Source: a bacterium
GTDB lineage: Bacteria; UBA8248
Direction of reading: 5' to 3'
Assembly: GCA_965261085.1 (NCBI GenBank)
Contig: OZ253442.1
Coordinates: 3,264,001-3,328,000, forward strand
Length of the DNA: 64,000 nucleotides
Below the pieces are notes generated by a model, which saw only the letters and a program-made list of their open reading frames with translations, had not been told where the DNA came from and did no database searches. Below, one piece after another: positions 10,846 through 20,515 of the stretch. Both the position numbers and the translations under genes were made by a program. Every line of letters starts with the position of its first letter. Position 1 is the stretch's first letter.

Positions 10846-11059
10846 TCAAGCGAGATTACGGAGGACTGGAAGGGGTTTTTCGTCCCGATTCGTGGCTTTT
10901 TGTGTACGTTTGCGCCTGGGAAATGGGGTTCCTCCCGTGAAACGAGGCGTTTTACATCCCGTAACCGCAATTATCGGAGGGCACGCGGGGTTCGGGGGCG
11001 GCGGGTAGGCGCTCATCGCCGGACTCCAGCCGGAGGCGGTGGACCTCCTCGACCGGTGA

Positions 11060-11250
11060 CGCGGCGCCGGGCGGCCCCACAGCGGAATCCTACCATAAAC
11101 ATGATAAAGACACGAAATATCCAGAACTATCCACGCTAAGTTCACGAATTTTGTGCTTTTAATCATTAAATGAATAGTTATTCATATCACTCCGGAGAGC
11201 AACTTCGGGACGGGGACTCATTCGTTATTAACTCTAGAAAGGTAACGGAC
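11060..11250 (+). promoter_or_regulatory. Diverged copy of the shared secreted-protein leader
   Basis: GCGGCCCCACAG..CATGATAAA..CTAAGTTCACGAATTTTGTGCTT..CTCCGGAGAGCAACT matches the reverse complement of 23065-23230. Confidence 0.75.
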
Positions 11251-11251
11251 C

Positions 11252-11640
11252 ATGCCTGACGACTATACGAACAATACGTCTACCACCGGCGCGGTGGAGG
11301 TCGGCGGCTCGGCGACGGGCGATATTGAGACCAGGGGCGACCGCGACTGGTTCGCGGTGACCCTGGGGGCGGGCACGACCTACCGGATCGACCTGGAGGG
11401 TTCGGAGACCGGGGCCGGCGCCCTGAGGGACCCGTACCTGCGCGGGGCCCACGACGCGGACGGCAACCTCCTCGCCGCCACGACGGATGACGACGACGGC
11501 GCGGGCTACAACAGCCGGGTGTATTTCACGGCGGAGGAGGACGCCACCTACTATGTGGCGGCCGGCGCTTATGGAAACTGGCGAGGCGCCTACACGCTGT
11601 CGGTGGCGGATGTCACGGACGATTTCGAGGCCGGGGACCG
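11252..11640 (+). pseudogene. Truncated PPC-like repeat protein (one repeat plus the start of a second)
   Basis: Starts MPDDY; DRDWFAVTL, YRIDLEG, DPYLRG, YTLSV; the ORF then runs antisense into a recombinase remnant. Confidence 0.8.
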
Positions 11641-11707
11641 GGACGAGCCGGATGCGAGCGGTCACGGGCCGCTGACGTTCAGACTTGTATATCCCTGGTT
11701 GCCTGCC

Positions 11708-12045
11708 TCACGAGCCGTACCGGAGTCTCTCCACGGCTCCCTGTTCCGTCGGCTCCCCTTGCGCGTAGCGTCCCGGCATGACGGGCGAAGACCAGCGTCC
11801 CGCGGCCTGCATCTCGGCCAGGGAGGCGCCTGCGCTAGCCAGGCTCTGCACACCGCCCACGCGCAGGCTGTGGCCGCTGACCCGCCCGTCCGCACCTGCG
11901 GCCTTCCCCCACCGGGCGATGATGCACCGGATGCTCTTGCCCGTCAGGCGCTCGGAGCGCAACCGGCCCCCCTTGAAGAAGGCCCGGAACAACGCCCCTT
12001 GCCTCAGGCCGGAACCCAGAAGCCACGCCCGGTTGCGGACCGGGG
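11708..12045 (-). pseudogene. Cre-like tyrosine recombinase catalytic C-terminal fragment
   Basis: VSGHSLRVG (HxxR) and AGRWSSPVMPGRY (catalytic Trp and Tyr); N-terminus absent. Confidence 0.8.
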
Positions 12046-12076
12046 TTCCACAGCTTGCAGGTACTGTCAACGACCC

Positions 12077-12222
12077 GGAGTCTCGAGACCGAAGGCGGAA
12101 GCAGCCCCAGGCCTGCGCTGACGTCGTCCACCTTCCCGAAAATTCCCAGAATATGGCGAAAAATTCGCCGGATACCCCCAATGTTGGAGGCGCGAAGAAG
12201 CGCACGCGTTTCTATACTTTAA
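12077..12222 (+). repeat. ~145-bp direct repeat, copy 1 (LuxR-gene downstream region)
   Basis: Nearly identical to 13755-13901; contains the imperfect palindrome CCCCCAATGTTGGAGG. Confidence 0.9.
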
Positions 12223-12309
12223 GTATTGGTAGTCAACCTGAACACGAAGAACGGAGATGGATAGACATCTCTGCACTGGAAGGTGAAACGGAGAAGAATA
12301 CCGGTGATG

Positions 12310-12473
12310 TGGAATGTCGGATCGCTCTCGATATGTTGCTTGAGCGATTCTCACGGATCAACCTGTTTGCCGACCACCCGCAGTTCCGCCAGGACAATGT
12401 ACTCCAGGGACTTCAATCTCTGGTGGTGCGGTGCGTTCCCGCTTCCGGGGCAACACCTGTCGCATCCCGGTAG
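12310..12473 (+). pseudogene. Cytochrome P450 extreme C-terminal fragment
   Basis: ECRIALDMLLERFSRINL..P.F...VLQGLQSLVV resembles the P450 L-helix and terminal strands; heme Cys motif missing. Confidence 0.55.
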
Positions 12474-12621
12474 CGCGCGCATAACGCCGTCAATGTCGAC
12501 CGGCAGTGGGTGACACAATTCAGTTTAGCCTTGGCGATGTTGGTGTCCATGATTTCAGAGGGGATATGGGCAACATGGGAAGACCCTTCTCGCCCGGGCA
12601 TCCGCAAGCGAGGACGCTGTC

Positions 12622-13764
12622 ATGAGTGAACGGGAGGCGTTCGAGCGCATCCTGGCATCGTTGTACGATGCGGCGCTGGACGATACGAACTGGTCGACCG
12701 CCTCCGCGCTGATCGACGATGCCCTCCACACGCACGGCAACAGCCTGGGGATCGTCGACGTACACTCCGGGGAGGACATCCAGATCTACTTTGCAGGGGT
12801 CTTCTTCCACGGGCAACGGCGCCGCGATTTGGAACGCGAGTACTTCGAGGTCTACTACCCCCTGGACGAACGGGTCCCCCGCGTGCGGCATCTCCCCGAC
12901 AGCCAACTGACCCATATTGTCGACCTCTACACCAAAGAGAAGTTGAGAACCTCCGTAGTATACAACGATTATTTGGCCCGCATACATGCCCAGAACAGCA
13001 TCAACGTTCGCCTGGACGGACCCAACGGCTCAAGCATTGCCTGGGTTGTCCACGACCCGGTTGACGGTGACTGCTGGTCGTCCGCCCAACTCGACTCGCT
13101 CCGGCGTCTCCTGCCCCATATCCGCCAATACGTGCGCGTCCGGCAGACGCTGGCCGGCGCGGGTGTTTTGGGCGCGTCCCTCACGGAACTGCTCGACAGC
13201 ACCGGGTCGGGCATCATCCAACTCGACCGTCGCGGGCGGATCGTGGACGTGAACGACCGCGCCCGGGAATTGCTGCGGACCGGAGACGGTCTGTTCGACG
13301 AGGACGGTTTCCTGTTCGCCCGCACGCCGGGGGACAACACGCATCTCCAGGGACTGCTGAAGCGAGCACTGCCGCCGTTCGGGACCCTGGGCGTCGGCGG
13401 CTCTACGATGGTGAGGCGTGAATCGGCCCTGCCGCTGGTGCTGCACGTCAACCCGGTGGACCGGCAGAAGACGGACCTCCGCGTTTGGCCGGTCGCGGCG
13501 CTCGTGCTGGTCGTGGACCCGGCGAGCCGGACCCGTATCGATCCGGCCGTGGCCGGGGCGGCCCTCGGCCTCACGGGGGCGGAAAGCCGGGTGGCGGTGC
13601 TGTTGGCCGAAGGCATGAGCGTCCGTGAGATCGCTGCGGCGATGGGCCCAAAGGAAAGCACGATCCGCTGGCACGTGAAGCGCATGTTCGCCAAGCACGG
13701 CCTCACGCGACAGGCCGATCTGGTGCGTCTTGTGCTGTCGCTGGCCAACGCTATGGAGTCTTGA
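12622..13764 (+). CDS. LuxR-type HTH transcriptional regulator with a PAS-like sensor region
   Basis: C-terminal LTGAESRVAVLLAEG..REIA..TIRWHVKRMFAKHG..RQADLV. Confidence 0.9.
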   Translation: MSEREAFERILASLYDAALDDTNWSTASALIDDALHTHGNSLGIVDVHSGEDIQIYFAGVFFHGQRRRDLEREYFEVYYPLDERVPRVRHLPDSQLTHIVDLYTKEKLRTSVVYNDYLARIHAQNSINVRLDGPNGSSIAWVVHDPVDGDCWSSAQLDSLRRLLPHIRQYVRVRQTLAGAGVLGASLTELLDSTGSGIIQLDRRGRIVDVNDRARELLRTGDGLFDEDGFLFARTPGDNTHLQGLLKRALPPFGTLGVGGSTMVRRESALPLVLHVNPVDRQKTDLRVWPVAALVLVVDPASRTRIDPAVAGAALGLTGAESRVAVLLAEGMSVREIAAAMGPKESTIRWHVKRMFAKHGLTRQADLVRLVLSLANAMES

Positions 13765-13901
13765 TACCGAAGGCGGAAGCAGCCCTAGGCCGGCGCTGAC
13801 GTCGTCCACCTTCCCGAAAATTCCCAAGATATGGCGAAAAATTCGCCGGATACCCCCAATGTTGGAGGCGCGAAGAAGCGCACGCTTTTCTTATACTTTA
13901 A
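13755..13901 (+). repeat. ~145-bp direct repeat, copy 2, upstream of the autotransporter
   Basis: Nearly identical to 12077-12222. Confidence 0.9.
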
Positions 13902-14060
13902 TTAGCACTCTCATAATCGCAAGTATCGGCGGCATGCGGGGCTCGAGGCGCTCGCACCGGCGTCTGCACCGGCGAGGCTACCGCTGCCCCGCCGCCGGAG
14001 ACGCAAATTCGTTCATGAGAAAAGCAGGTTCATTTTTACAGGCAAGGAGGTTCGTTCAGA

Positions 14061-17000
14061 ATGCAACCACGAGAAAAGTTCGACACGGGTGTTGACGCCG
14101 GAAGAAACGATGCCGCCCGCACGAACAACGGTTCGACCACCGACTCCGGCATACGGGGACCACAGAAATCAGACAAGGGGGCCTGCGGGCCGCCATCCGC
14201 CTCCTCCCCGAAGGCCGGTCTTTTTGCGCGGGCGCTTGCATGCGCCGTCGCCCTGGCGCTGGCCACCATGCTGGCGTTCGGCGCGGGTGATGCGTCGGCT
14301 GCGGGCGTGTGCAGAAACACGCCCGAAACCGGGGAAAGGGTCGAGTGTAAGAAGGATTCCAGTTCCAGCGACAACATCGAAATCCAACTTGACGGAATCG
14401 ACATCGACACGACGGATGGGGGCGGCCACGGCGTTCATGCCGAGCATCAAGGCGACGGACACATCGATATCGGGATCGACACCGACTTTGCAGAAGGTGA
14501 CCGAGACACCTACAGCACCATCGTCACGACCGCCAGCCGCAACTACGGTATCTACGCCCATCATCTCGGCGACAACTCGGTGGTGACAAGCACGTTTTCT
14601 GCCACCATCGGCACCCAGGGCAATTATGCCCCCGCCATCTATGGCCGGCACGAGGGTAGCGGGCTCCTCAGAATCAGATCTTTGGGGGACGAAATCACTA
14701 CCACAGGCGCTTATTCCCATGGCATCTATGGCCATCATTTCAGCACCGGGGATATCGAGATCGACGTTAGTAGTGACATCGAGATACGAAATACCAAATC
14801 CTACGGCGTCTTTAGTACACATCACGGCACCGGTGATATTCGCATCAATCTCACAGACACCGTCAAAACATCTGCCTATACGTCTTCCGGCGGTATCTAC
14901 GCCGTGCATTGTGGCTTCGACAGCACAGACTCCTCAGGATGTCTTTTACCTGCACTCGACACCCTTAGTAGCGGAGATATCCGCATCAATGTCAATAATT
15001 TCAAATTCCTCCCTTTGAACAGCAGTGCCGCCATTAGCGGCTACAGCATCGAAGCCCTTCATTCGGGTGACGGCGACATCCATATTGATGCTCGAAATGG
15101 AACCTTCACCCTGGTGGGTCGAAGTGGCGATGGCATCACGGGCCGCAGTCGCGGCACCGGCAACATCAACATTTATGCGGAAGAAGTCACAATTCACACG
15201 AATGGCGACAGTTCAGTAGGCATCTTCGCAGTCGCCGAAAGCGCGCTTGGTCCCCAGCAAGTCGAAATCACCACCCAGGAAGTGGATGTAACCACGGAGG
15301 GCCCCAGATCCCACGGAATTTGGGGTTCGAATCAAACCGCGGGTGGTGTTACCTTAGACGTACAGGGTGGAACCTTGACTCTTAATGGCAGGGAATCACA
15401 CGCCGTTTATAGTACCGTTTCTGCTGGGAATATCTCCGACATCGATGTCCAGAACGCCACTATCATCATGGGGCTTGGGAATAATGGCGGCCACGGCGTT
15501 CAAAATGATATGGGCGGCATCGGCGACAGCAATACCGACGTGCGGGATACCACCATCATCACGAAAGACGATGATTCCCGCGGCATCGTGGGCCGGCATA
15601 GGAGCACGGGCGACATCGACATCGAAGTCCGAGGCGGCTCCATCAAGACGAGCGGCGAGTATGCGTATGGCATCTATGGTCTTCATCAAGGCGAAGGCAA
15701 CGTCACGCTCAATATGCAAGACGGCAACGCCGTCACCACGACGGGCGAGAACGGCCACGGCATCGTGGCCTATAATTTCGGAACGATGGACTCCAGGACC
15801 ATGGCGATCACGGTCGGCGGCCGCGTCGACACGAGTGGCGCGGGCGCACAGGGCGTCCGGGTGGGCGTCGTCAATACCGACGGCGCGCCAGAGCGCGTAG
15901 CCGCCCTGGACGACGCGGAGGGCTATCGTAAGCAGACGGTCACGGTGAACGGCTCGGTGATGGGCGAGGCCGTGGGCGTCTTCCTTGCGGGCGGCGGCCG
16001 GGTCGTCATCGGGCCGCAGGGGACAGTCGGCGCAGAATCCGGGATCGCGATTCTCGCGTCGGGAGATACGCCTGTAGAAGGCGGAGATCCAATCAAGCCC
16101 AAGCTGCTCGTCGACATGACGCTCGACGGCCGCCGGGTGCGGGACGTATTCGGGGATGACTGGATCATCAACGACGAAGGCGAGACCACCATCGTGGTCA
16201 ACGAGGTTATGCTGCACGAGGGCGCGAAGGGCGTCGTGCCCGGCGCGGTGGCCCCCAACGGGGCGTGGAACGTCCGGATGAGAGCGGAAGGCGTCAACGT
16301 GGACTACACCATGGACCCGGCGAACTGGGAAATGATCGTGCCCACCGCGGGCGTCGTCGTCGACCGGGATTTCTCGGCGGCGGACTTCACGGAAACCCAG
16401 AAGCCAACTATGCCGCCGCCCATGTGCCCTGAAGGACAAGTCGGGACGCCTCCAGACTGCACCACGCCACCCCCACCCATGTGCCCTGAAGGACAAGTCG
16501 GGACGCCTCCAGACTGCACCACTCCCCCGCCGCCTATGTGTCCGCCGGGACAAGTCGGGACGCCTCCAGACTGCACCACGCCACCCCCACCCATGTGCCC
16601 TGAAGGACAAGTCGGGACGCCTCCAGACTGCACCACTCCCCCGCCGCCTATGTGTCCGCCGGGACAAGTCGGGACGCCTCCAGACTGCACCACTCCCCCG
16701 CCGCATATGTGTCCGCCGGGACAAGTCGGGACGCCTCCAGACTGCACCACTCCCCCGCCGCATATGTGCCCGGAAGGACAAATCGGGACGCCTCCAGACT
16801 GCACCACTCCCCCGCCGCATATGTGTCCCCCGGGACAAGTCGGAACGCCCCCGGACTGCACCACTCCCCCGCCGCCCATGTGTCCGTCCGGGCAGGTCGG
16901 GACGCCCCCGGACTGTTCCGCTCCGCCGCCTGAGATTTTCGAGGAATACGCCCCGCGCGCGGCGGTCTATGAGGCCCTGCCGGGCTTTTTGCTGAAACTG

Positions 17001-17843
17001 AACGGCGGGGGACCGGCCGGGGAGCGGGTGACCTCGCCCGGCTCGCCCGTGTGGGCGCGGCTCTCAGGAAGCCGGGGGTCGCATTCTCCCGATCGCTCCA
17101 CGGTGGGGCAGGATTACGACTTCGAACGCTTCACGGCGGAAGCCGGGATGGACGTGTCGCTCGGCGAGAGCTTTACAGGCTCGATATCGCTGATTCACGT
17201 CCGGGGTTCTGCGGAGGTCTCCTCCCCGTTCGGCGGGGGTGACATCGAGGCGGAGGGACTCGGCGTATCCATTGGGGCTTCCTGGCGGATCGAGGGCGGT
17301 TATTACGCGAACGGGAACCTCTCGCTGACGGACTACGACGTGGACGCCACCTCCGGCGACATCAACGTAGGAACCTTGAAGCGCGGCGCCTTCGCGCGCG
17401 GCACGCTCCTGAACCTCGAGGCGGGCAGGCGCATCAGGATGAGCGAGAAGCTGAACCTCACGCCCCGGGCGTGGATGACGCGCTCGGGGGTTTCTATCGA
17501 TACATTCACAGACTCCGTGGACGCGCGGGTATCCGCCGCCGAGACGGCGCGCTTCACGGGCGGCGTGGGTGCGGTCGCCGAGACTGCGCGGGCCATCGAG
17601 GGCGGCGTGCTCTCCCTGCGGGGTTCCCTGGACCTCGAGCAGAAACTCGACGACGCGGAGACGGCCGTCGACGTGTCGGGAACGAGGCTCGAATCGAAAT
17701 CCCAAAAGACCCGGCTCCTGCTGGGACTGGGCGGCGTCTACCGCAAGGGCCGCTTCTCGGTAAGCGGGGAAGTCTCGATGGGCGGTTTGGGTTCGGACGA
17801 TACGAAGTATGCCGGACAGGTGAGCTTCGGGATGAGGTTCTAG
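14061..17843 (+). CDS. Autotransporter (type Va) adhesin-like protein
   Basis: Extended signal peptide, beta-helix-like passenger with recurring T.G..SHGIY, Pro/Cys linker, beta-barrel ending in F (YAGQVSFGMRF). Confidence 0.88.
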   Translation: MQPREKFDTGVDAGRNDAARTNNGSTTDSGIRGPQKSDKGACGPPSASSPKAGLFARALACAVALALATMLAFGAGDASAAGVCRNTPETGERVECKKDSSSSDNIEIQLDGIDIDTTDGGGHGVHAEHQGDGHIDIGIDTDFAEGDRDTYSTIVTTASRNYGIYAHHLGDNSVVTSTFSATIGTQGNYAPAIYGRHEGSGLLRIRSLGDEITTTGAYSHGIYGHHFSTGDIEIDVSSDIEIRNTKSYGVFSTHHGTGDIRINLTDTVKTSAYTSSGGIYAVHCGFDSTDSSGCLLPALDTLSSGDIRINVNNFKFLPLNSSAAISGYSIEALHSGDGDIHIDARNGTFTLVGRSGDGITGRSRGTGNINIYAEEVTIHTNGDSSVGIFAVAESALGPQQVEITTQEVDVTTEGPRSHGIWGSNQTAGGVTLDVQGGTLTLNGRESHAVYSTVSAGNISDIDVQNATIIMGLGNNGGHGVQNDMGGIGDSNTDVRDTTIITKDDDSRGIVGRHRSTGDIDIEVRGGSIKTSGEYAYGIYGLHQGEGNVTLNMQDGNAVTTTGENGHGIVAYNFGTMDSRTMAITVGGRVDTSGAGAQGVRVGVVNTDGAPERVAALDDAEGYRKQTVTVNGSVMGEAVGVFLAGGGRVVIGPQGTVGAESGIAILASGDTPVEGGDPIKPKLLVDMTLDGRRVRDVFGDDWIINDEGETTIVVNEVMLHEGAKGVVPGAVAPNGAWNVRMRAEGVNVDYTMDPANWEMIVPTAGVVVDRDFSAADFTETQKPTMPPPMCPEGQVGTPPDCTTPPPPMCPEGQVGTPPDCTTPPPPMCPPGQVGTPPDCTTPPPPMCPEGQVGTPPDCTTPPPPMCPPGQVGTPPDCTTPPPHMCPPGQVGTPPDCTTPPPHMCPEGQIGTPPDCTTPPPHMCPPGQVGTPPDCTTPPPPMCPSGQVGTPPDCSAPPPEIFEEYAPRAAVYEALPGFLLKLNGGGPAGERVTSPGSPVWARLSGSRGSHSPDRSTVGQDYDFERFTAEAGMDVSLGESFTGSISLIHVRGSAEVSSPFGGGDIEAEGLGVSIGASWRIEGGYYANGNLSLTDYDVDATSGDINVGTLKRGAFARGTLLNLEAGRRIRMSEKLNLTPRAWMTRSGVSIDTFTDSVDARVSAAETARFTGGVGAVAETARAIEGGVLSLRGSLDLEQKLDDAETAVDVSGTRLESKSQKTRLLLGLGGVYRKGRFSVSGEVSMGGLGSDDTKYAGQVSFGMRF
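16408..16921 (+). repeat. Nine 57-bp coding tandem repeats (TTPPPPMCPxGQVGTPPDC)
   Basis: Counted directly in the translation and the DNA. Confidence 0.95.
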
Positions 17844-17942
17844 GGGTTGATCGGGATCCGGGGAGGTTATCCGGGCGGAAGAGGAACGGGGAAGCGCCTG
17901 CTGAATGTCACGGACCGGAACCGGTTGCAAGAAGCACGCCCC

Positions 17943-18060
17943 ATGACGGACGACACCAGGACGGGCGGTGAGGGAACCGGCGCATTCGACGGCGGCGAAG
18001 GAGACGTCATCATGGAATCGGGAGGCGACGATACGCTCACCGGCGGGAGCGGCGCGGGGC
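17943..18060 (+). pseudogene. RTX nonapeptide gene fragment
   Basis: DDTRTGGEG..FDGGEGD..GGDDTLTGGSGA. Confidence 0.55.
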
Positions 18061-18203
18061 TCCCTTCTACGAGGGCCAGGCCGCCCGGTCCGTGATCACC
18101 CTCGTGGAGATCGTGGTCCTCGAAGTCGTGGAGGTGGGAGTAGCGGCTGGTCATTTGCGCATATGCGCGATCACATACGGTTCAATTCAGAAAGGAACGC
18201 AAA

Positions 18204-18482
18204 ATGAGGAAATCGGATATCGCGGCCCACGTTGCAGACCGGGTCTCCCTGTCGAAGGCGCAGGCGGAGGGCGCGGTGAATGCGCTTATCGAGGCTATCA
18301 GGGGCGCTCTCGCGAACGGGGAGAAGGTCTCCCTGGCGGGGTTCGGCACGTTCTCGACGAGGAGCCGGTCGGCGCGGAGGGGACGAAACCCCCGAACGGG
18401 GGAGAGCATCGCCATCGCCGCCACTAAGACGCCGTCCTTCAAGGCCGGCAAGGCCCTGCGGGACACGGTGCGCTTTGATTAG
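18204..18482 (+). CDS. HU/IHF family DNA-binding protein
   Basis: GFGTFS..R.GRNPRTGE..P.FKAGKALRD signature. Confidence 0.95.
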   Translation: MRKSDIAAHVADRVSLSKAQAEGAVNALIEAIRGALANGEKVSLAGFGTFSTRSRSARRGRNPRTGESIAIAATKTPSFKAGKALRDTVRFD

Positions 18483-18492
18483 GTCAGGTGAT

Positions 18493-18565
18493 GCATAACA
18501 AGGTGCTTCAGCCGACGGACAATCCGCTGCGCGGCTTGTCCGTCGGCTGAACTTCGTCATTCCAG
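18493..18565 (+). mobile_element. Integron attC-like site
   Basis: GCATAAC, then TTCAGCCGACGGACAA-CCGCTGCGCGG-TTGTCCGTCGGCTGAA hairpin; right GTT box degenerate (ATT). Confidence 0.75.
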
Positions 18566-18576
18566 GTCACTCTAGC

Positions 18577-19119
18577 GTGCGAGATGAGCTTAAGAAACTG
18601 ACTGAGAAAGATTATTGGGTCTATGGGCTTTCTCAAGATGACTTTGATTACACGGTTCGAATTTCCACAACTCTAATTCAAAACAATCAAAAAGAACTTC
18701 AGGCGGAGATCGAGAAAGTAAAATTTGATTATCCTGAGGAAGATATTTGGTGTGAAATCCAGTCGGACCTTGCACATTACGCGTGGGTGGATGAGCAGTA
18801 TCTTTGGCAGTTCTGTTTATGGCGTTTACAAGGCATTTTCGAAGGTTTGATTGTTCATTCATTTCTGCCGGAGCCACCCAGAAAGAAGCTTATAGGCATG
18901 AAAGCCAAGCTCCGAGCGGCAAAGGAAGTTGGTTTTCACCTAGAACCCGAAGAAAATGAAGAGCTATTACTTTGGGTGGAGCTGCGGAATGCGATTTCAC
19001 ACGCACCACCGGAACAGTATCGGCCAGCACCCATAACCAGGGAAGATATCGATGAGTATGTAAATCTTCTTAAATCTATTTGTGAGAGGTGGAAGGCATT
19101 TAAAGGTGACATACAATAA
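18577..19119 (+). CDS. Hypothetical integron cassette protein
   Basis: AT-rich ORF starting ~12 bp after the attC; LRNAISH (RxxxxH, HEPN-like); stop overlaps a second partial attC. Confidence 0.75.
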   Translation: MRDELKKLTEKDYWVYGLSQDDFDYTVRISTTLIQNNQKELQAEIEKVKFDYPEEDIWCEIQSDLAHYAWVDEQYLWQFCLWRLQGIFEGLIVHSFLPEPPRKKLIGMKAKLRAAKEVGFHLEPEENEELLLWVELRNAISHAPPEQYRPAPITREDIDEYVNLLKSICERWKAFKGDIQ

Positions 19120-19152
19120 GACGCTGTTGGCGGACAAATTTTCCGTAGTGCG
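19109..19152 (+). mobile_element. Truncated attC-like left half
   Basis: ACATACAATAAGACGCTGTTGGCGGACAAATTTTCCG overlaps the cassette stop; right arm missing. Confidence 0.45.
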
Positions 19153-19157
19153 CCGAT

Positions 19158-19550
19158 GTGAACAATGCGGCACACGAGGAGTGGGTCGACCGGATTCAGT
19201 GTCGCCGGCGGGTTTACGTTACGATCAACGAGGACGACGATGCTCTATCTCTTTCACGCGCCAAGTTTGGTGACAAGCAGCGTGCTCGGCTGGGGCATTT
19301 CGCGCACAACCTTAACTCCCGCCAAGCAGTGCACCTCGACTTCACCGATGCGCCGGATGTCGGCGATAGCCATGCATACTTTGAAGGAGAGCCAATCAAA
19401 CGCAACGAGCTGGTCAAGCGCGTGTTCGACCGAATGACCAACGGTCAAGCGGCGGAATACGGGCTAGTCTACGACACCCACAGCCGAACCTATCGTTTGG
19501 CCAATACCGACTCACCGCGTCGGCCGCGGAGAAATCCCACCTCAACCTGA
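19158..19550 (+). CDS. Hypothetical protein, possibly 5'-truncated
   Basis: 130-aa ORF with plausible composition; no motif recognised. Confidence 0.4.
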   Translation: MNNAAHEEWVDRIQCRRRVYVTINEDDDALSLSRAKFGDKQRARLGHFAHNLNSRQAVHLDFTDAPDVGDSHAYFEGEPIKRNELVKRVFDRMTNGQAAEYGLVYDTHSRTYRLANTDSPRRPRRNPTST

Positions 19551-19769
19551 ATTAGATTTCGCAAATCGAGTGTCTCGATAAAAAAATGTAAATTTTATTC
19601 TTTGGAGAGGACGCCTTCGCATCGCGGCGCAGGGGAATTCTGCCATGGCCCGCGCCTCCTGCGATGACGGCGAATGCGCGGATTTGCGGGGAGTTGCGGG
19701 GGTGATTTTCCCCTGTGCGAGCGCGTTTTGCCAGAATGCGCGCCGGCGATGCACTCGATGTCGAAGCGC

Positions 19770-19881
19770 TGCTGATCCCGATGCCAGCCAGGTCCCGGTC
19801 CCTGAATACGGTGTCCTTCACTTTAACTCCGATCGCGTCGACGACGCGCTCGATACGCTTGAGTTCGCTTCTTTTCGACAT
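19770..19881 (-). pseudogene. Second integrase N-terminal remnant
   Basis: MSKRSELK..RVVDAIGVKVKDTVFRDRDLAGIGI, homologous to 9354-9470. Confidence 0.7.
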
Positions 19882-20039
19882 GACTACTGCCAGTGATGAA
19901 AACAGCGAAGTGGATGAACAAACAGAAGCCTTGAGACTACACGTCGGCACGGATGCCTATAAATTCCTAGGCACGTATAGAGAGGCGACCGACGTCATGG
20001 AGTGGGCTGGGAAGGCGATATCGTGACCAGTTGCGGCAG

Positions 20040-20255
20040 TACGCCAACCACCTGCGGCGGAAACGACGATGACAGGATCGAGAGACTTCTTCGGGATGCA
20101 GGCGACAATATGATTTCAGGGAACGAGGTAACCGACCTCACCGTCACGCAGGGTGACGCCAACGTGGTGATCGACCTTTCCGCCCAGGGCGGAGTCTCAC
20201 GCTCATGCTCGAGAACTTCACCCCCTCCGACCTGGACGCGGAGAATTTTATATTC
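20040..20255 (+). pseudogene. Decayed RTX gene C-terminus
   Basis: GGNDDDRI..DAGDNMISG..DLTVTQ..NVVIDLSAQGG, frameshift, then LENF..SDLDA; resembles the RTX tails at 20516 and 21457. Confidence 0.6.
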
Positions 20256-20330
20256 CACGAAGCGCCTGCTACGCAGGGAATATGGACGGGATGAAGAAGT
20301 CCAAGAAACGTCGAACCCGCAGCAACCATA

Positions 20331-20365
20331 AAAACCCCGCCGTCTCACCGGGAGGGCGGGGTTTT
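20331..20365. terminator. Bidirectional rho-independent terminator
   Basis: AAAACCCCGCC...GGCGGGGTTTT between convergent units. Confidence 0.75.
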
Positions 20366-20515
20366 GTATCTCGGGATCATAAGAGGTAAGACCGAGCCGG
20401 AAACTGGTGAAAACGCTCAACACCGCGCCCGGCGCCACGACCCTTCGCAACGTCTTGAAAGACGTGGGGCCATATTACCCCTTGCATCAGCCTTTTTTGC
20501 AGGTGCGGATGCGCT

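Noticed and set aside
10159-11139. 326-aa full-length tyrosinase
   Set aside because: The last ~100 codons are read-through into non-coding leader DNA; the CuB histidines are absent
11252-12121. 289-aa PPC fusion protein
   Set aside because: The C-terminal half is the antisense of a recombinase remnant, so this is not a real fusion
16408-16921. Regular repeats resembling a CRISPR array
   Set aside because: In-frame 57-bp coding repeats without unique spacers; no cas genes in the window
9354-19881. Intact prophage or self-transmissible ICE
   Set aside because: All three integrase pieces and the relaxase pieces elsewhere are fragments; no structural phage or T4SS genes
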